Part shown: one piece after another, positions 31,400 to 41,764 of the stretch | Layout of the letters: each line of letters starts with the position of its first letter | Numbering within the stretch: position 1 is the stretch's first letter | DNA from: an uncultured virus (IMG/VR IMGVR_UViG_3300025383_000020) | Lineage: Duplodnaviria > Heunggongvirae > Uroviricota > Caudoviricetes | Reading direction: 5' to 3' (one strand) | Length of the DNA: 64,000 bases | Virus record (IMG/VR): IMGVR_UViG_3300025383_000020 | Position numbers and translations under genes: made by a program | Notes under the pieces: model-generated | What the model was told of the DNA's origin: nothing | Database searches by the model: none | What the model saw: the letters and a program-made list of their open reading frames with translations, nothing else

Positions 31400-32659
31400 A
31401 TGTCATATCTCGTATCATACAGTCGTTGGAAAATGTTAACGGAATCTGCAAACGGTCAGCTTTCAAATGACGAGTTAGTAGCGATAGATTCGACAGGTGA
31501 CTTAAAGCTAAACAAGGCAGCTGCAGCTGCCTACGCTAAAATGAAGGCGGCAGCTGAAGCAGACGGAATTCGCTGGAAACCAATTGACGCATATCGTGAT
31601 ATTGAAGATCAACAGAAAATGGCAGCTGACTTCGGTCAGTTTAAAACCGGCGGAAAAGCATCTACTCCAGGAAACTCAAATCACGGTTGGGGCGGAGCAG
31701 TTGATTTGGACATAAAGGCTGGCGGCCCAGAATACAAGTGGTTAAAGGCTAACGCTTCAAAATTTGGATTTTCAACTATCCCTGATCAGCCATGGCACTG
31801 GGAACACACCGCAAGCACAAGGTCAATGGAAACGTCAACTGGCCAACCTAAAGAATCTGAACCTGAACTTCCAAAGAACCCTACTGCACCAGATGAGACT
31901 AAACTTGCAAAGGTTGATCAGTTTTACAATGCATTGGGAGAAATAGCTTCGCCGATATCTCAACAGGATGATAAGACTTATTCATTTAGTAAAGCGGTAA
32001 AAGCCGTACAGACGGGCTTGGAGCTCCTAGGTTATCCTCTTGCTCAGCATGGAGTAGACGGACTCTTTGGTCCTGAAACCAAAGCTCAGGTTGATAAATT
32101 CCAAAAAGATAACTCACTACCTGAAACTGGCACAATCGATAAAGCGACAGCAGATAAGATCACTGCCCTACTAAAAGAAAAGAAGATCTCAGATAAGGAC
32201 GTTGAAAAATATGCATCTAGCACTTCACTCGACGTAAAGATGAAGGACGACGATTTTTATAAGTCTCTACTTACTACACTAGGCGCACCAATCACTGACG
32301 ACAATCTTAAATTTCTTTATGCATGGAGACAAGTGGAAGGAGGTACCGCAAAGAACAATCCATTCAATACCACATATCAACTGTCAAAGGACAAGGACAG
32401 CACCAATTACAACAGCGTAAAAGTTAAGAATTATTCTACTCCTGAATATGGAGTTGAAGCGACTGCCAGAACGCTAATGCTTCCATACTACACAGATATT
32501 CTAAACGGACTAAGAAACGATATTGGTCTGGACGCACTATCTAAATCAAAGGGACTAGTTACTTGGTCAGGAAACAGTCCAACTTACCTTAACTTATTCT
32601 CAAATGTGGTGAAAGGCTATGCTGCAGGTAATGCTCCTGCGCCTCATAATATTGCATAA
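31400..32659 (+). CDS. multidomain peptidoglycan hydrolase (M15B/VanY + PG-binding + lysozyme-like)
   Basis: AYR, PGNSNHGWGGAVD, PWHW; DGLFGPETK..V..FQ; AWRQVEGG..NNPFNTT. Confidence 0.8.
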   Translation: MSYLVSYSRWKMLTESANGQLSNDELVAIDSTGDLKLNKAAAAAYAKMKAAAEADGIRWKPIDAYRDIEDQQKMAADFGQFKTGGKASTPGNSNHGWGGAVDLDIKAGGPEYKWLKANASKFGFSTIPDQPWHWEHTASTRSMETSTGQPKESEPELPKNPTAPDETKLAKVDQFYNALGEIASPISQQDDKTYSFSKAVKAVQTGLELLGYPLAQHGVDGLFGPETKAQVDKFQKDNSLPETGTIDKATADKITALLKEKKISDKDVEKYASSTSLDVKMKDDDFYKSLLTTLGAPITDDNLKFLYAWRQVEGGTAKNNPFNTTYQLSKDKDSTNYNSVKVKNYSTPEYGVEATARTLMLPYYTDILNGLRNDIGLDALSKSKGLVTWSGNSPTYLNLFSNVVKGYAAGNAPAPHNIA

Positions 32660-32720
32660 TTTTCCAAAGTTTAAAACTTAGTGTCTCTGCATTGTATAAG
32701 AGACCTAAACAAATAAACAA

Positions 32721-33221
32721 ATGGAAGATAACACAACAGACGTAGCACCAGGTGCCACAGAACAAGTCACAACTCAAGAAGATCAAACCCTAGAACCAGG
32801 TCATGTTCAGGAAGTTATTCCTGAAGTAGAAGATCCTCTAACCAAGCTAATTAACGCTAGAACTGGAAACTTTGAGGTAAAGATCGGCTATGCTGAACTT
32901 AAATACCTTAAAAATCACCTTCAGTCAAAGATTGAATGGAAAGGTCCAAACGAGGCTTATTTGTTGATAATGGCTACGCTCAGCATCAGCGATATTATAA
33001 AAGGAATGGATCCCAAGACTCCTGCTGCAGTGCCTTTGCAATTTCCAGCAACAATTATCGAATCTCTAAACTACTTCATCAATAAAGTAAAGGGCACTGG
33101 AATTGATTCAGCTCAAAAATTATTTTCAATTGCAATGATGTTCAGACCTGCAACCGAAGCGATCTCTAAACTCGATAAGCAGATAGAGAGCCTAAATGCC
33201 GCTCCTGCTGAAAAAAACTAA
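32721..33221 (+). CDS. hypothetical protein
   Basis: ORF after AAACT-N15-GTATAA. Confidence 0.6.
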   Translation: MEDNTTDVAPGATEQVTTQEDQTLEPGHVQEVIPEVEDPLTKLINARTGNFEVKIGYAELKYLKNHLQSKIEWKGPNEAYLLIMATLSISDIIKGMDPKTPAAVPLQFPATIIESLNYFINKVKGTGIDSAQKLFSIAMMFRPATEAISKLDKQIESLNAAPAEKN

Positions 33222-33267
33222 AAAACCTGAGCACGAGGTTAGATAAATAATAAAAAACTAAACCGAA

Positions 33268-33684
33268 ATGAAAGTTCAAAATTTTGCAGGTTTTATGAAA
33301 TCTCGTACACTCAACGAGGACGATATGTACGGAAGTAACAACTTCGGTAGCACTGACCAGACTGAAGAGTGGAGAGACGATCAAAACACATATAGCATGG
33401 ACGGAGGCGCATTTGGTGCAAATCCGGCAGATGAAAAAGACGAAGATCACATGGATGATAATCCAGAAGATCAGGATAATATGGAAGAAGGCGAAGAAAA
33501 AGAGGTAACTCTCGAAGATCTTAAAGCCATGATCGAGGATCTTACTGAAAGAGTTGAAAAACTTGAAGAAGGCGAAGAAGGTGAAGAACCTAAAGAGGGA
33601 GAAGAAGGTGAAGAAGGCGAAGAGCCTAAAGAGGGAGAAGAAGGTGAAGAGCCTAAAGAGGGAGAAGAAAAACCTGCAAAGTAA
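33268..33684 (+). CDS. acidic scaffold-like protein with EGEE(PK) repeats
   Basis: very acidic, short coiled coil, head-tag-like N-terminus. Confidence 0.6.
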   Translation: MKVQNFAGFMKSRTLNEDDMYGSNNFGSTDQTEEWRDDQNTYSMDGGAFGANPADEKDEDHMDDNPEDQDNMEEGEEKEVTLEDLKAMIEDLTERVEKLEEGEEGEEPKEGEEGEEGEEPKEGEEGEEPKEGEEKPAK

Positions 33685-33704
33685 TCCTTAATTCATAGAT
33701 TTTT

Positions 33705-33739
33705 AAAATGGGCGGACGTTTAACGACTGCCCATTTTTT
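33705..33739 (+). terminator. intrinsic terminator
   Basis: AAAATGGGCGG...CTGCCCATTTTTT. Confidence 0.7.
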
Positions 33740-33756
33740 GTTTAATAAATAATCAT

Positions 33757-34194
33757 ATGAGCCACTACATAAACAACCTAACGCTTCCTCTATTTGAGAC
33801 ATTTTGTCGTAAGACTCAAGTAGACGGAAAGACAATCGAAGCCAAGATAGGAGACAATACGTTACTGCTAAAAGTCGCAACTACTCCAGCGAGTCAAGCG
33901 CAGGGTTACATGGGAGCAAAAGAGTCACCAAATGAAAATGAAGGTATTATGTTTGTGTATGACGAGCCGATGCCGCTTTCCTTTTGGATGAAAAACGTCA
34001 ACTTTCCACTAGACATAATGTTCTTTGATTCGGAAATGCAGTGTGTCGGTTACGAGACAATGGATCCATACCGTGGCGAACCTGACACAGCAATAAAACA
34101 CTACATAAGTAAGAAACCTGCAAGATTTGCAGTCGAAGTCATGGCTGGCTGGTGCTCCAAGAACTTTAAAGAGGGCGCCACTCTTTCTTTTTAA
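33757..34194 (+). CDS. DUF192-family protein
   Basis: GYM, GIMFVY, FWMKNVNFPLDIMF, AVEV.AG. Confidence 0.85.
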   Translation: MSHYINNLTLPLFETFCRKTQVDGKTIEAKIGDNTLLLKVATTPASQAQGYMGAKESPNENEGIMFVYDEPMPLSFWMKNVNFPLDIMFFDSEMQCVGYETMDPYRGEPDTAIKHYISKKPARFAVEVMAGWCSKNFKEGATLSF

Positions 34195-34233
34195 AGCTGC
34201 AAAACTTTTAGTATCTTGTACTAAAAGCTACAT

Positions 34234-35616
34234 ATGTCAATAAAACAAATTTTCGATGAGATTGCTAGCGAGTCTGGCTCAAACCGAAAGATGGAGATCC
34301 TTGAATCTCACAAAGACAATCCTGTACTCAAGCAGGTTCTATACCTTGCAAACTCACGTAGAGTAAAGTTCTACATCAAGCAAATTCCAAAATACGTACC
34401 TTGCACTGAGAATCCTGCAAGCCTAGAATCGGCTCTTCCGGCACTCTCAGTTCTTTCACAGCGAATCGTGACAGGAAACGACGCGATCCAGCACCTCACT
34501 GAAATACTGAGCGATCTTACAGCAGAGGATGCATACATCATCGAGCGCATCATCGACAAAGATTGCAAAATCGGAATGGGTACGACCAACATCAACAAAA
34601 TATTTCCTGATCTTATCGAGGAGACCCCTTACATGGGAGCTCGAGCATTTAGCAGAGAAGCAGTGCTCAAGATACTCGACAAAGGCAAGGCACTAAGCCA
34701 AATAAAAATGGACGGTCGTTACTGCAATGCAGTGATCCGTAGGGGAATCGTCGATCTGGAAAGCCGACAGGGAGAAACCAATCACCTTACTGGCGCAACC
34801 TTCCTCTCTGAGCTTACCGGCTTTCCCGACTGCGTGCTGAATGGTGAGCTTACAATGGACGGGATCCATCGCTACATAAGCAATGGAATTATTGGATCGC
34901 TCATCACAATCATCGGCAAAGTGGAAGACGACAAAGACGTCTCAAAAGAAACAGAAAACTTTTATGCTGAAAACGGAATGACAGTCAGCGAAGCGCTTAA
35001 AAGGATCAGGTATACTGTCTGGGACACTATTAGCATCGAGGAATATGGATCAAAAGGCTCAAATGAACCGTACTACAGGAGGTTACAGAAGGTCTCAGAA
35101 TACATTACAGCGTCCAGCTCCACTATGGTATCCCTGGTTGAAGTGGTTGAAGTGACTACTTACCCTGAAGCAATGTCCCACTTTCAGAAACTAATTAATG
35201 CCGGACACGAAGGAACCATCTTGAAAGCGTATGACGGCCCGTGGAAAGACGGAAAGCCAAACCACCAAATAAAGCTGAAACTCGAGATTGACCTCGATCT
35301 CAAGATCGTGGGTTTCAATTACGGCACCGGCAAAAATGAAAAGCTCATCTCCTCAGTCACTTGCGAAAGCTCAGACGGAAAGCTTAGAACTTCTCCGACT
35401 GGTATAAAAGAAAAGACGATGCACTGGATCACTGAAAACCAGGAGGCACTGATGGGAAAGATCCTTAAGGTCAAGTGCTCAGGGATCTCACAAGACAGTC
35501 TAAATAATTACTCACTGCTTCACCCGGTATACAAGGAGATTCGTGACGACAAAGAGGTCGCTGACTCTTTGGAGACTATCCTTGACATAGAGGCAATGGC
35601 AAAAGGTTTAAAGTAA
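34234..35616 (+). CDS. ATP-dependent DNA ligase
   Basis: KMDGRY motif I, LNGEL, VWD, EGTILK, KLK, LHPVY..IRDDK. Confidence 0.93.
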   Translation: MSIKQIFDEIASESGSNRKMEILESHKDNPVLKQVLYLANSRRVKFYIKQIPKYVPCTENPASLESALPALSVLSQRIVTGNDAIQHLTEILSDLTAEDAYIIERIIDKDCKIGMGTTNINKIFPDLIEETPYMGARAFSREAVLKILDKGKALSQIKMDGRYCNAVIRRGIVDLESRQGETNHLTGATFLSELTGFPDCVLNGELTMDGIHRYISNGIIGSLITIIGKVEDDKDVSKETENFYAENGMTVSEALKRIRYTVWDTISIEEYGSKGSNEPYYRRLQKVSEYITASSSTMVSLVEVVEVTTYPEAMSHFQKLINAGHEGTILKAYDGPWKDGKPNHQIKLKLEIDLDLKIVGFNYGTGKNEKLISSVTCESSDGKLRTSPTGIKEKTMHWITENQEALMGKILKVKCSGISQDSLNNYSLLHPVYKEIRDDKEVADSLETILDIEAMAKGLK

Positions 35617-35620
35617 AACA

Positions 35621-36193
35621 ATGATAAGACAAATATTTAGCCTTTTTGGCTATACGATAATTGAGACTCAGGTCTATGAAAAGACACTGGGTGACATGAA
35701 AGACGCTCTGGCTGAGTGTAAAAATGAACTGCAAAGCCAACTTGAGCCCCCTAAATTAACTGCTGAAATATCCTTTACTGAATTTAAAAAGCGGGAAATG
35801 GACACTCTCGATCCTAAATACGACCCGTGGAATCTTTACTGGCGAAAGTACTATTCCGATGCGCATCTTGCCTACTACTTACGCAAACTTTCAAAGCATC
35901 CTGACGTAATAAAACCGTTTTTTGAAGCCTTTGCAAACTTTTCATGGGTAGGAACTGCTGACTACATGCGAAAGGTCAAGTGGTACTGGGCAAGAAACAA
36001 CACTTCTCCGTCTGTCCTTGACTTACATGAGTGCGTGTTTGGTCTACTTGAGTCAGCTCTCGTAGAAATTGAAAAGACTGGGATCACCGACTCAACAGTA
36101 GAGTCAGGCGGATTTAAAGTAAGAGTCGTGAGGTCACAAAACAAAAAGACCAGAGTAACGATCCAATTCGATAAATCTCTGATCAACGCATAA
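35621..36193 (+). CDS. hypothetical protein
   Basis: ORF in operon. Confidence 0.55.
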   Translation: MIRQIFSLFGYTIIETQVYEKTLGDMKDALAECKNELQSQLEPPKLTAEISFTEFKKREMDTLDPKYDPWNLYWRKYYSDAHLAYYLRKLSKHPDVIKPFFEAFANFSWVGTADYMRKVKWYWARNNTSPSVLDLHECVFGLLESALVEIEKTGITDSTVESGGFKVRVVRSQNKKTRVTIQFDKSLINA

Positions 36194-36226
36194 AACCTAA
36201 GCTGTCCAAGCTAAGTATAAAAAATT

Positions 36227-36421
36227 ATGGGATTCTATCAGCAGAGACTTGAAGAAGTAGAAAAGCTTAAAAAGGAGTATGAAAGACTAGGACACGAAGC
36301 TTTTATTGCATCTTTTGCAAAAGTCGATGCCTTCACTGGACCTGCAGATTCAATCCACTTCCTAAACGATTTATTTAAAAAAGAAAAAGAAAAAAGAGAA
36401 TGTACTACATCGCAAAAGTAA
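36227..36421 (+). CDS. hypothetical protein
   Basis: small ORF after promoter-like motif. Confidence 0.5.
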   Translation: MGFYQQRLEEVEKLKKEYERLGHEAFIASFAKVDAFTGPADSIHFLNDLFKKEKEKRECTTSQK

Positions 36422-36600
36422 AGTTTGAGACATACGACGAAAAGACTGGCCGTACCAAGAAAATGTACGAGCAATACCTTGTTGACGCAGAATCGGTTTC
36501 TGCAGCAGAAGAAAAGGTAAAAGAGAGATTCAAAGACTCAATCGCAGATCATGCAGTAGTCTCAGTTCAGGAATCTAAATTGATGGGCGTAATAAAATAA
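36400..36600 (+). CDS. DUF4494-like protein (Bacteroidota family)
   Basis: YYIAKVKF...KK..EQYLVDAESVSAAE. Confidence 0.7.
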   Translation: MYYIAKVKFETYDEKTGRTKKMYEQYLVDAESVSAAEEKVKERFKDSIADHAVVSVQESKLMGVIK

Positions 36601-36603
36601 GCA

Positions 36604-36906
36604 ATGAAACAGCTTCCAACAGTAGTCGCAGAGAACATCTATACAATGCTCGAAAAGAAACTAGGAGTTAGCCGGGATCATTATGAACGTGAGGCATTCA
36701 TATACCATTATGGAGTAGTCACAGGTGCCCCAAAGGATCACCGGTTACTCTGCAAAGACGGTCAAGCTCGCACTTTTTTCTGTAGCCCACAAAAGAAGCT
36801 ATGGGTTGAGGGTCCGGGCACAGACGAGGTAAACCTCATACTTAAACAGGTGAGTAAAAGCGTTCTTCGCAGTCAGCAACTCGAGGAATTTACGGTAAGC
36901 AGATGA
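36604..36906 (+). CDS. hypothetical protein
   Basis: ORF in operon. Confidence 0.5.
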   Translation: MKQLPTVVAENIYTMLEKKLGVSRDHYEREAFIYHYGVVTGAPKDHRLLCKDGQARTFFCSPQKKLWVEGPGTDEVNLILKQVSKSVLRSQQLEEFTVSR

Positions 36907-37337
36907 CAAACGGATTATTTGTTCCATGGGATAAGGATTCCGAATTTGCAAAAGCGCTCTTTGAGACTCTTTCTGAGAATCTTGCACGTCTTAAGATGGA
37001 GCATGGAAAGTGGCCAGACTCCCTTATTTTTCATGGAAGGCTGGGACTTGAGCTCTTCGAGTTTATCAATATGATGGGATGGAATCTCAATAAGTTTAAT
37101 CCATCAACTAATGTGATGAGCACTGACAGGATCACTTACGAGTATACAAAACCTCTTTCCCAAATAGAAGACCGCGGCGGAACGATATTTGACAAGTCGC
37201 TTAGCGACACGACAGTTAATGGAATACCTGGAGTTGAAACTGTCGCAAAAATAAAATCGGCTTACTCTGGCAATCTTGCCTACACGATTGAAAGAACAGT
37301 AAGACCTAAGCTTGAAACAAAACTCATAAGAAAATGA
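36903..37337 (+). CDS. hypothetical protein
   Basis: ORF in operon. Confidence 0.5.
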   Translation: MTNGLFVPWDKDSEFAKALFETLSENLARLKMEHGKWPDSLIFHGRLGLELFEFINMMGWNLNKFNPSTNVMSTDRITYEYTKPLSQIEDRGGTIFDKSLSDTTVNGIPGVETVAKIKSAYSGNLAYTIERTVRPKLETKLIRK

Positions 37338-37582
37338 ATAAAAAACTAATAGTATTTGTAATAACACTAATGTGGTTAGCATTTGGCATCTTTTTATGTA
37401 CTGAAAAATCCATGGAAAAGAATTGCGAAAAACTAATTACTCCATGCACACAGTCGATCGATAGTCTAAACGAAGTCATTACGAATCTTACAATAGACAA
37501 CACTCGATACGAGATCGTGTTAGAAAAGATTCGTGAGAAAGACTCAACGATCGTAGAAAAAGCTTTAAGAGAAGTAGAATGA
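37334..37582 (+). CDS. small membrane-anchored protein
   Basis: N-terminal TM. Confidence 0.5.
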   Translation: MNKKLIVFVITLMWLAFGIFLCTEKSMEKNCEKLITPCTQSIDSLNEVITNLTIDNTRYEIVLEKIREKDSTIVEKALREVE

Positions 37583-37806
37583 AGCCGGAAACCAAACATT
37601 ATTTTTCTCCTGACAAGTTATACGGAGATGCCATCGATTACGTAAGAACCGATGAGGACGGCACTATGTGGGTGGGAAACGGAGAGTATGAAAGCCAGGT
37701 AAATTTTTGCCCTTTTACTGGAACTCCTGCCGTGACTCAAATGAAAATAAAAAAAGAAGGATCTCTTGAATGGGCAAAAGGGGAGCCGTACACTGAATAT
37801 GAATAA
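37579..37806 (+). CDS. hypothetical protein
   Basis: coupled ORF. Confidence 0.5.
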   Translation: MKPETKHYFSPDKLYGDAIDYVRTDEDGTMWVGNGEYESQVNFCPFTGTPAVTQMKIKKEGSLEWAKGEPYTEYE

Positions 37807-39049
37807 CCTAGATAAAAAGTACACTGAACTTTTGCAAGACATTCTCGATAATGGCACTGTCAAAAAAGACAGAACCGACACGGGAACAATTTCGGTGTTT
37901 GGAAGACAGATAAAACACAAGATGTCCGAAGGATTTCCACTTCTCACCACAAAGAAGATGTACTTTAAAGGTATCGTAACCGAACTATTATGGTTTTTAA
38001 GAGGAGACACAAATATAAAGTTCTTGGTTGATAATGGATGTAATATTTGGAATGGTGATGCTTATAAGAATTTTGAGAAACAATGTGTTCCTGGTACTGG
38101 TAAGAAAATGTCTCAAGAAGAGTTTATTAACTTTATCAAAACAGATGATGAGTTTGCTAAGAATTGGGGGAGTTTGGGTCGAATATACGGGGCACAATGG
38201 CGAGACTGGGGTGGAAGGGTTTCTAATAAACACCAAAACCACAACGGAACAAGCGGTGTACATTTTAATGGCATTGACCAAATACAAAACATCATAACCA
38301 AGTTAAAAACAACCCCAGATGACCGTAGGATGCTTGTTACGGCTTGGAATCCAGATGAAGTTGATACTTGCGTTTTGCCACCTTGCCATTATGGGTTTCA
38401 AGTTTATACAAGAGAGTTGAGTGAAAAAGAAAGAATGGACACTCTTACTCAAAATGAACAAAGACTAATTTATGAAGAAGTTCAAAGTTTTAAGAATGTT
38501 AGAAGAAAAAAAATCAAAGAATGTTTAGATGAAAAGAATATTCCAACCAGAGCAATCTCATTAATGTGGAACCAGCGTTCAGTCGATACATTCCTTGGCC
38601 TTCCGTTCAATATAGCTTCTTATGGCCTACTTTTAGAGATACTTGCAAAGATTACAAACATGATTCCAGATGAATTAATCGGAAACTTGGGCGATACACA
38701 CTTATATCTTAATCATATCGAACAAGCAAAAGAACAAATTGGAAGAGAATTGAGTATAGAAGAGAGAATTAATTTAGCTCAGTCAGAATATTCAGAGGGA
38801 AATGAGATGGATTTAGATATACAATTATCTGGTTCTTCAACAAAAGAAGAAACACAGCAGGTTTTAGATTATTATGGAGTTCCAAAAAGAACTCGTGAAC
38901 CATATCCACTTCCAACACTAACAATGAACCCAATATTTTTAGCTAACTTAGAACACAAAGGACTGGATGAAGCGATAAATGGGCAAGTAAATTTTAAACT
39001 TGAAAACTATAAATCTCACCCAGCTATAAAGGCAAATTTAAGCAATTAA
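37799..39049 (+). CDS. thyA: thymidylate synthase (with insertions)
   Basis: DRTDTGT, ELLWFLRG, YGAQWR, LPPCH, QRSVDTFLGLPFNIASY, DTHLY.NH. Confidence 0.95.
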   Translation: MNNLDKKYTELLQDILDNGTVKKDRTDTGTISVFGRQIKHKMSEGFPLLTTKKMYFKGIVTELLWFLRGDTNIKFLVDNGCNIWNGDAYKNFEKQCVPGTGKKMSQEEFINFIKTDDEFAKNWGSLGRIYGAQWRDWGGRVSNKHQNHNGTSGVHFNGIDQIQNIITKLKTTPDDRRMLVTAWNPDEVDTCVLPPCHYGFQVYTRELSEKERMDTLTQNEQRLIYEEVQSFKNVRRKKIKECLDEKNIPTRAISLMWNQRSVDTFLGLPFNIASYGLLLEILAKITNMIPDELIGNLGDTHLYLNHIEQAKEQIGRELSIEERINLAQSEYSEGNEMDLDIQLSGSSTKEETQQVLDYYGVPKRTREPYPLPTLTMNPIFLANLEHKGLDEAINGQVNFKLENYKSHPAIKANLSN

Positions 39050-39052
39050 AGC

Positions 39053-39427
39053 ATGATAGAAAATTCAACATTATACGTAGGCGGAAATTCAATTCTAGTA
39101 TTTATAGGAAAAGGAATTGCAAAACTTGGTAACGTGATTGAGTGGATTGGAGAAAAGCTTTTAACTTTTGGCAATACCGTAGTTGCAAATAATAAGACGC
39201 AAAAAGTAATCAATCCTTCAGCAAAGCTGCCAAATCCTTTTACTTTAATTATCAGTTTCACAGTAGATGGATCTGACAAATATCAAATGGTTCTTCAGGG
39301 AAAGTACAAACAAAAATACATAATAAAGGAAAAGGAATCTGAGAATCCAGACCTTGTTGATTTTTCAGAAGACGAACTATTCATGATCATCAATCAGAAC
39401 AGGAATAGCTGGTTTAAAAAGGACTAA
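39053..39427 (+). CDS. hypothetical protein
   Basis: ORF. Confidence 0.5.
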   Translation: MIENSTLYVGGNSILVFIGKGIAKLGNVIEWIGEKLLTFGNTVVANNKTQKVINPSAKLPNPFTLIISFTVDGSDKYQMVLQGKYKQKYIIKEKESENPDLVDFSEDELFMIINQNRNSWFKKD

Positions 39428-39477
39428 CTCTGTCACTCACTTGCATAGATAAATAATAAAGTAAAAATTTATCTATT

Positions 39478-39795
39478 ATGGCATCATTCAATACCATTCA
39501 TATATTCGATAACGGCACAATTCAAGTAATTGGCGAAAAGAGCGGAATTGTAAACCTTAGTCAGGTTGCATCAAGCACTGCTTTTATTGCCAACGTAAAA
39601 GCTTCAATTCCTTCTGCTAAGTTTGCAGACTATCGAGTAATCCACATATTTGAAGGTAATGACGTGAAGTATTTGGCTTCAACTCCAATGAATAGCATAT
39701 CTTTTGGAGGAAACACTTCAGTAAAGATAGCAGCACTTGACCAGGCAAAATATGGTGCATTTATTGCTGAGGTAATCGCTCTTCTTCCAGCTTAA
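39478..39795 (+). CDS. hypothetical protein
   Basis: ORF after ATAAATA. Confidence 0.55.
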   Translation: MASFNTIHIFDNGTIQVIGEKSGIVNLSQVASSTAFIANVKASIPSAKFADYRVIHIFEGNDVKYLASTPMNSISFGGNTSVKIAALDQAKYGAFIAEVIALLPA

Positions 39796-40610
39796 GAGTA
39801 TTTAAACTCATCATAAAACCACTTGTAATGGGTCTTTATCCAGTTACATGCATGGTCTCCCAAGACTTCGCGATAGTCTTCCCTAAGAGGTTCTAACTTC
39901 TTTCTTATCGTATGGTCACCGTATATTCCATACACTGAATCGTCCTCTTTGGTGATCTGTTCAATATTATTAAAGTCGTGCTCGTATTCTGGCACTCCCA
40001 GATAATTGTAGACGCGAGCCATCTCATACTTAGGATTTTTAGCCAAGCTTTCGTACTTCACAAAAAGAATCTTTTTAGCAGTACCGTCCTTTAGCATCTG
40101 ACTCAATCTCTCAATCGCAAGACCGACAGGCTGACTGTTTGCCCATAGGTCAATCCTCTTCTCAGTAGTAGTGCCGCTCATCTTTGAGTGATCGACTATT
40201 CCTGAGTCCATGTGTTGGCTCTTACGAAAGTTCTTCTCCATTGAGGCATAGATCCCACGAAGGTCCCTGACCATGCAGATCATCTTGGGATCCGGATAGA
40301 ATGAATTAACGAAGCCGTAGTGTATGCCCCAACCTCTGCTCTTATCAATCACATAAGGTCGATCTGTGATGGAATTAAAAAAGCCAAGAACTCCTTCACG
40401 ACAGAAACCGGTAAATCCCTTCTTCATTAGTTCTGAGTCCTGTGCCTTAAATTCGGGAGAATTACTGTAGTTGCTCCTAGCTGCGTATATTAGTTCTAGG
40501 ACGCCTGAGGTCGGAGTCACATAGAAATCTGGATTCTGTCCCAATATGTTTTGAAATAGGGTTGAACCCGCTCTAGGTAGGCTCGATTGAAAAAATAGTT
40601 TTTGTACCAT
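39792..40610 (-). CDS. sulfotransferase
   Basis: LPRAGSTL 5'-PSB, DKSR.W, VRD...YAS, YESL. Confidence 0.85.
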   Translation of the reverse strand: MVQKLFFQSSLPRAGSTLFQNILGQNPDFYVTPTSGVLELIYAARSNYSNSPEFKAQDSELMKKGFTGFCREGVLGFFNSITDRPYVIDKSRGWGIHYGFVNSFYPDPKMICMVRDLRGIYASMEKNFRKSQHMDSGIVDHSKMSGTTTEKRIDLWANSQPVGLAIERLSQMLKDGTAKKILFVKYESLAKNPKYEMARVYNYLGVPEYEHDFNNIEQITKEDDSVYGIYGDHTIRKKLEPLREDYREVLGDHACNWIKTHYKWFYDEFKYS

Positions 40611-40611
40611 G

Positions 40612-41496
40612 TTAAAATGAATTTATTGAAGCAAGGATCTCGTCTTGTGAAAAGACGTTTAGATCAAATACCGGACACTCGTGCAGAGCTCCATGGAATG
40701 AGTAGTCAAATAAATAACTGTCAGGTAACTTCACGTCTTCTGGCAGGTTGGCCTTTATGTTATTGTGAATTGAGTAGCCAAAAAGTTCTGGAGAAGTTCC
40801 AACCCAGAGAACTGTCGAAGGTAGATTTAGAGCCGATGCTGCGTGTTGGAGCGATGAATCGATTAAGACTCGCTTTGTTGAAACAAGCAACATTGTAAAG
40901 AGCTCAATATTTGAAAGTTGACCCGAAACTACTTCTGTTCCTGGAATGACCTGTGCTGGATCTCTACACACTTGAATTATGTGGTAGCTCTTGGAAAATT
41001 CCTGTACTATTCTATTTGCAATCAAAGGCGGCATGTCTCTACACCATGAATAAGGATAAGGTTGATTTTTCATGGGTCCACCGTTAGTGTGTAGGATCAT
41101 TACTGGACGATCCCTTCTCCACTTATTGATTCCATATTGAGTCTGTCTAATGTTGAAAGAAAGAGTCGGCATCTCACCAGAATAGGTCAGGTTGTATAGC
41201 TTACACCAATTCGCAATAAGAGGCATCGTCTTGCTAATGTGATCCGTCGTGTAATACGGCTCGTGCTTAAATATAAGAGTGTCCTTGCCTTTAATGTAGT
41301 CCTGATAGAAGTAGGGCGTGTTGCCTATTCTATACACTCGACTAACTGATGGCATGTTTAAGAAAACTTCAGGATAGGCACAAACCACGATTAGCTCACG
41401 ATCAGGGTGGTTATTTTTAATACACTGCGCGACTGCTGTTGCTGCAACGTGTTTACCGAGGCCTCCTTCGATATGAAAAAGAGAATATTTGCTCAT
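40612..41496 (-). CDS. GT9 (heptosyltransferase-like) glycosyltransferase
   Basis: GGLGK, IDSSLQHAASAL..PS.VLW..T.P..FGY. Confidence 0.75.
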   Translation of the reverse strand: MSKYSLFHIEGGLGKHVAATAVAQCIKNNHPDRELIVVCAYPEVFLNMPSVSRVYRIGNTPYFYQDYIKGKDTLIFKHEPYYTTDHISKTMPLIANWCKLYNLTYSGEMPTLSFNIRQTQYGINKWRRDRPVMILHTNGGPMKNQPYPYSWCRDMPPLIANRIVQEFSKSYHIIQVCRDPAQVIPGTEVVSGQLSNIELFTMLLVSTKRVLIDSSLQHAASALNLPSTVLWVGTSPELFGYSIHNNIKANLPEDVKLPDSYLFDYSFHGALHECPVFDLNVFSQDEILASINSF

Positions 41497-41710
41497 TTTT
41501 TAATAAATAATTTTTTAGATTGCTAAATTTATGGTATATTAAAAATCATCTAACCAAAAAATGTTAACCTTTATGCTACTTATTATACTTAGAAAGGCTT
41601 ATGGGTTCTTTGAGCTTAATTGCGGATGGTTCTTTGTGAACGGTCGCAAGCGTGAAGCATGGAATAGATACATCGCTAAAAAATACAAAAGTAAAAATTT
41701 TTAAGAAAAA

Positions 41711-41745
41711 AGTGAAACTTAAGTCAAACCTTAAGTATAAATAAC
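41711..41745 (+). promoter_or_regulatory. tRNA-block promoter AAGTGAAACT-N15-GTATAAATAA (1)
   Basis: identical bipartite motif before three tRNA blocks. Confidence 0.7.
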
Positions 41746-41764
41746 AAAAAACGAAACATCTTCA

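Noticed and set aside
37799..39049. Intron or intein in thyA (or terL)
   Set aside because: Continuous frames; insertions short, no splicing motifs
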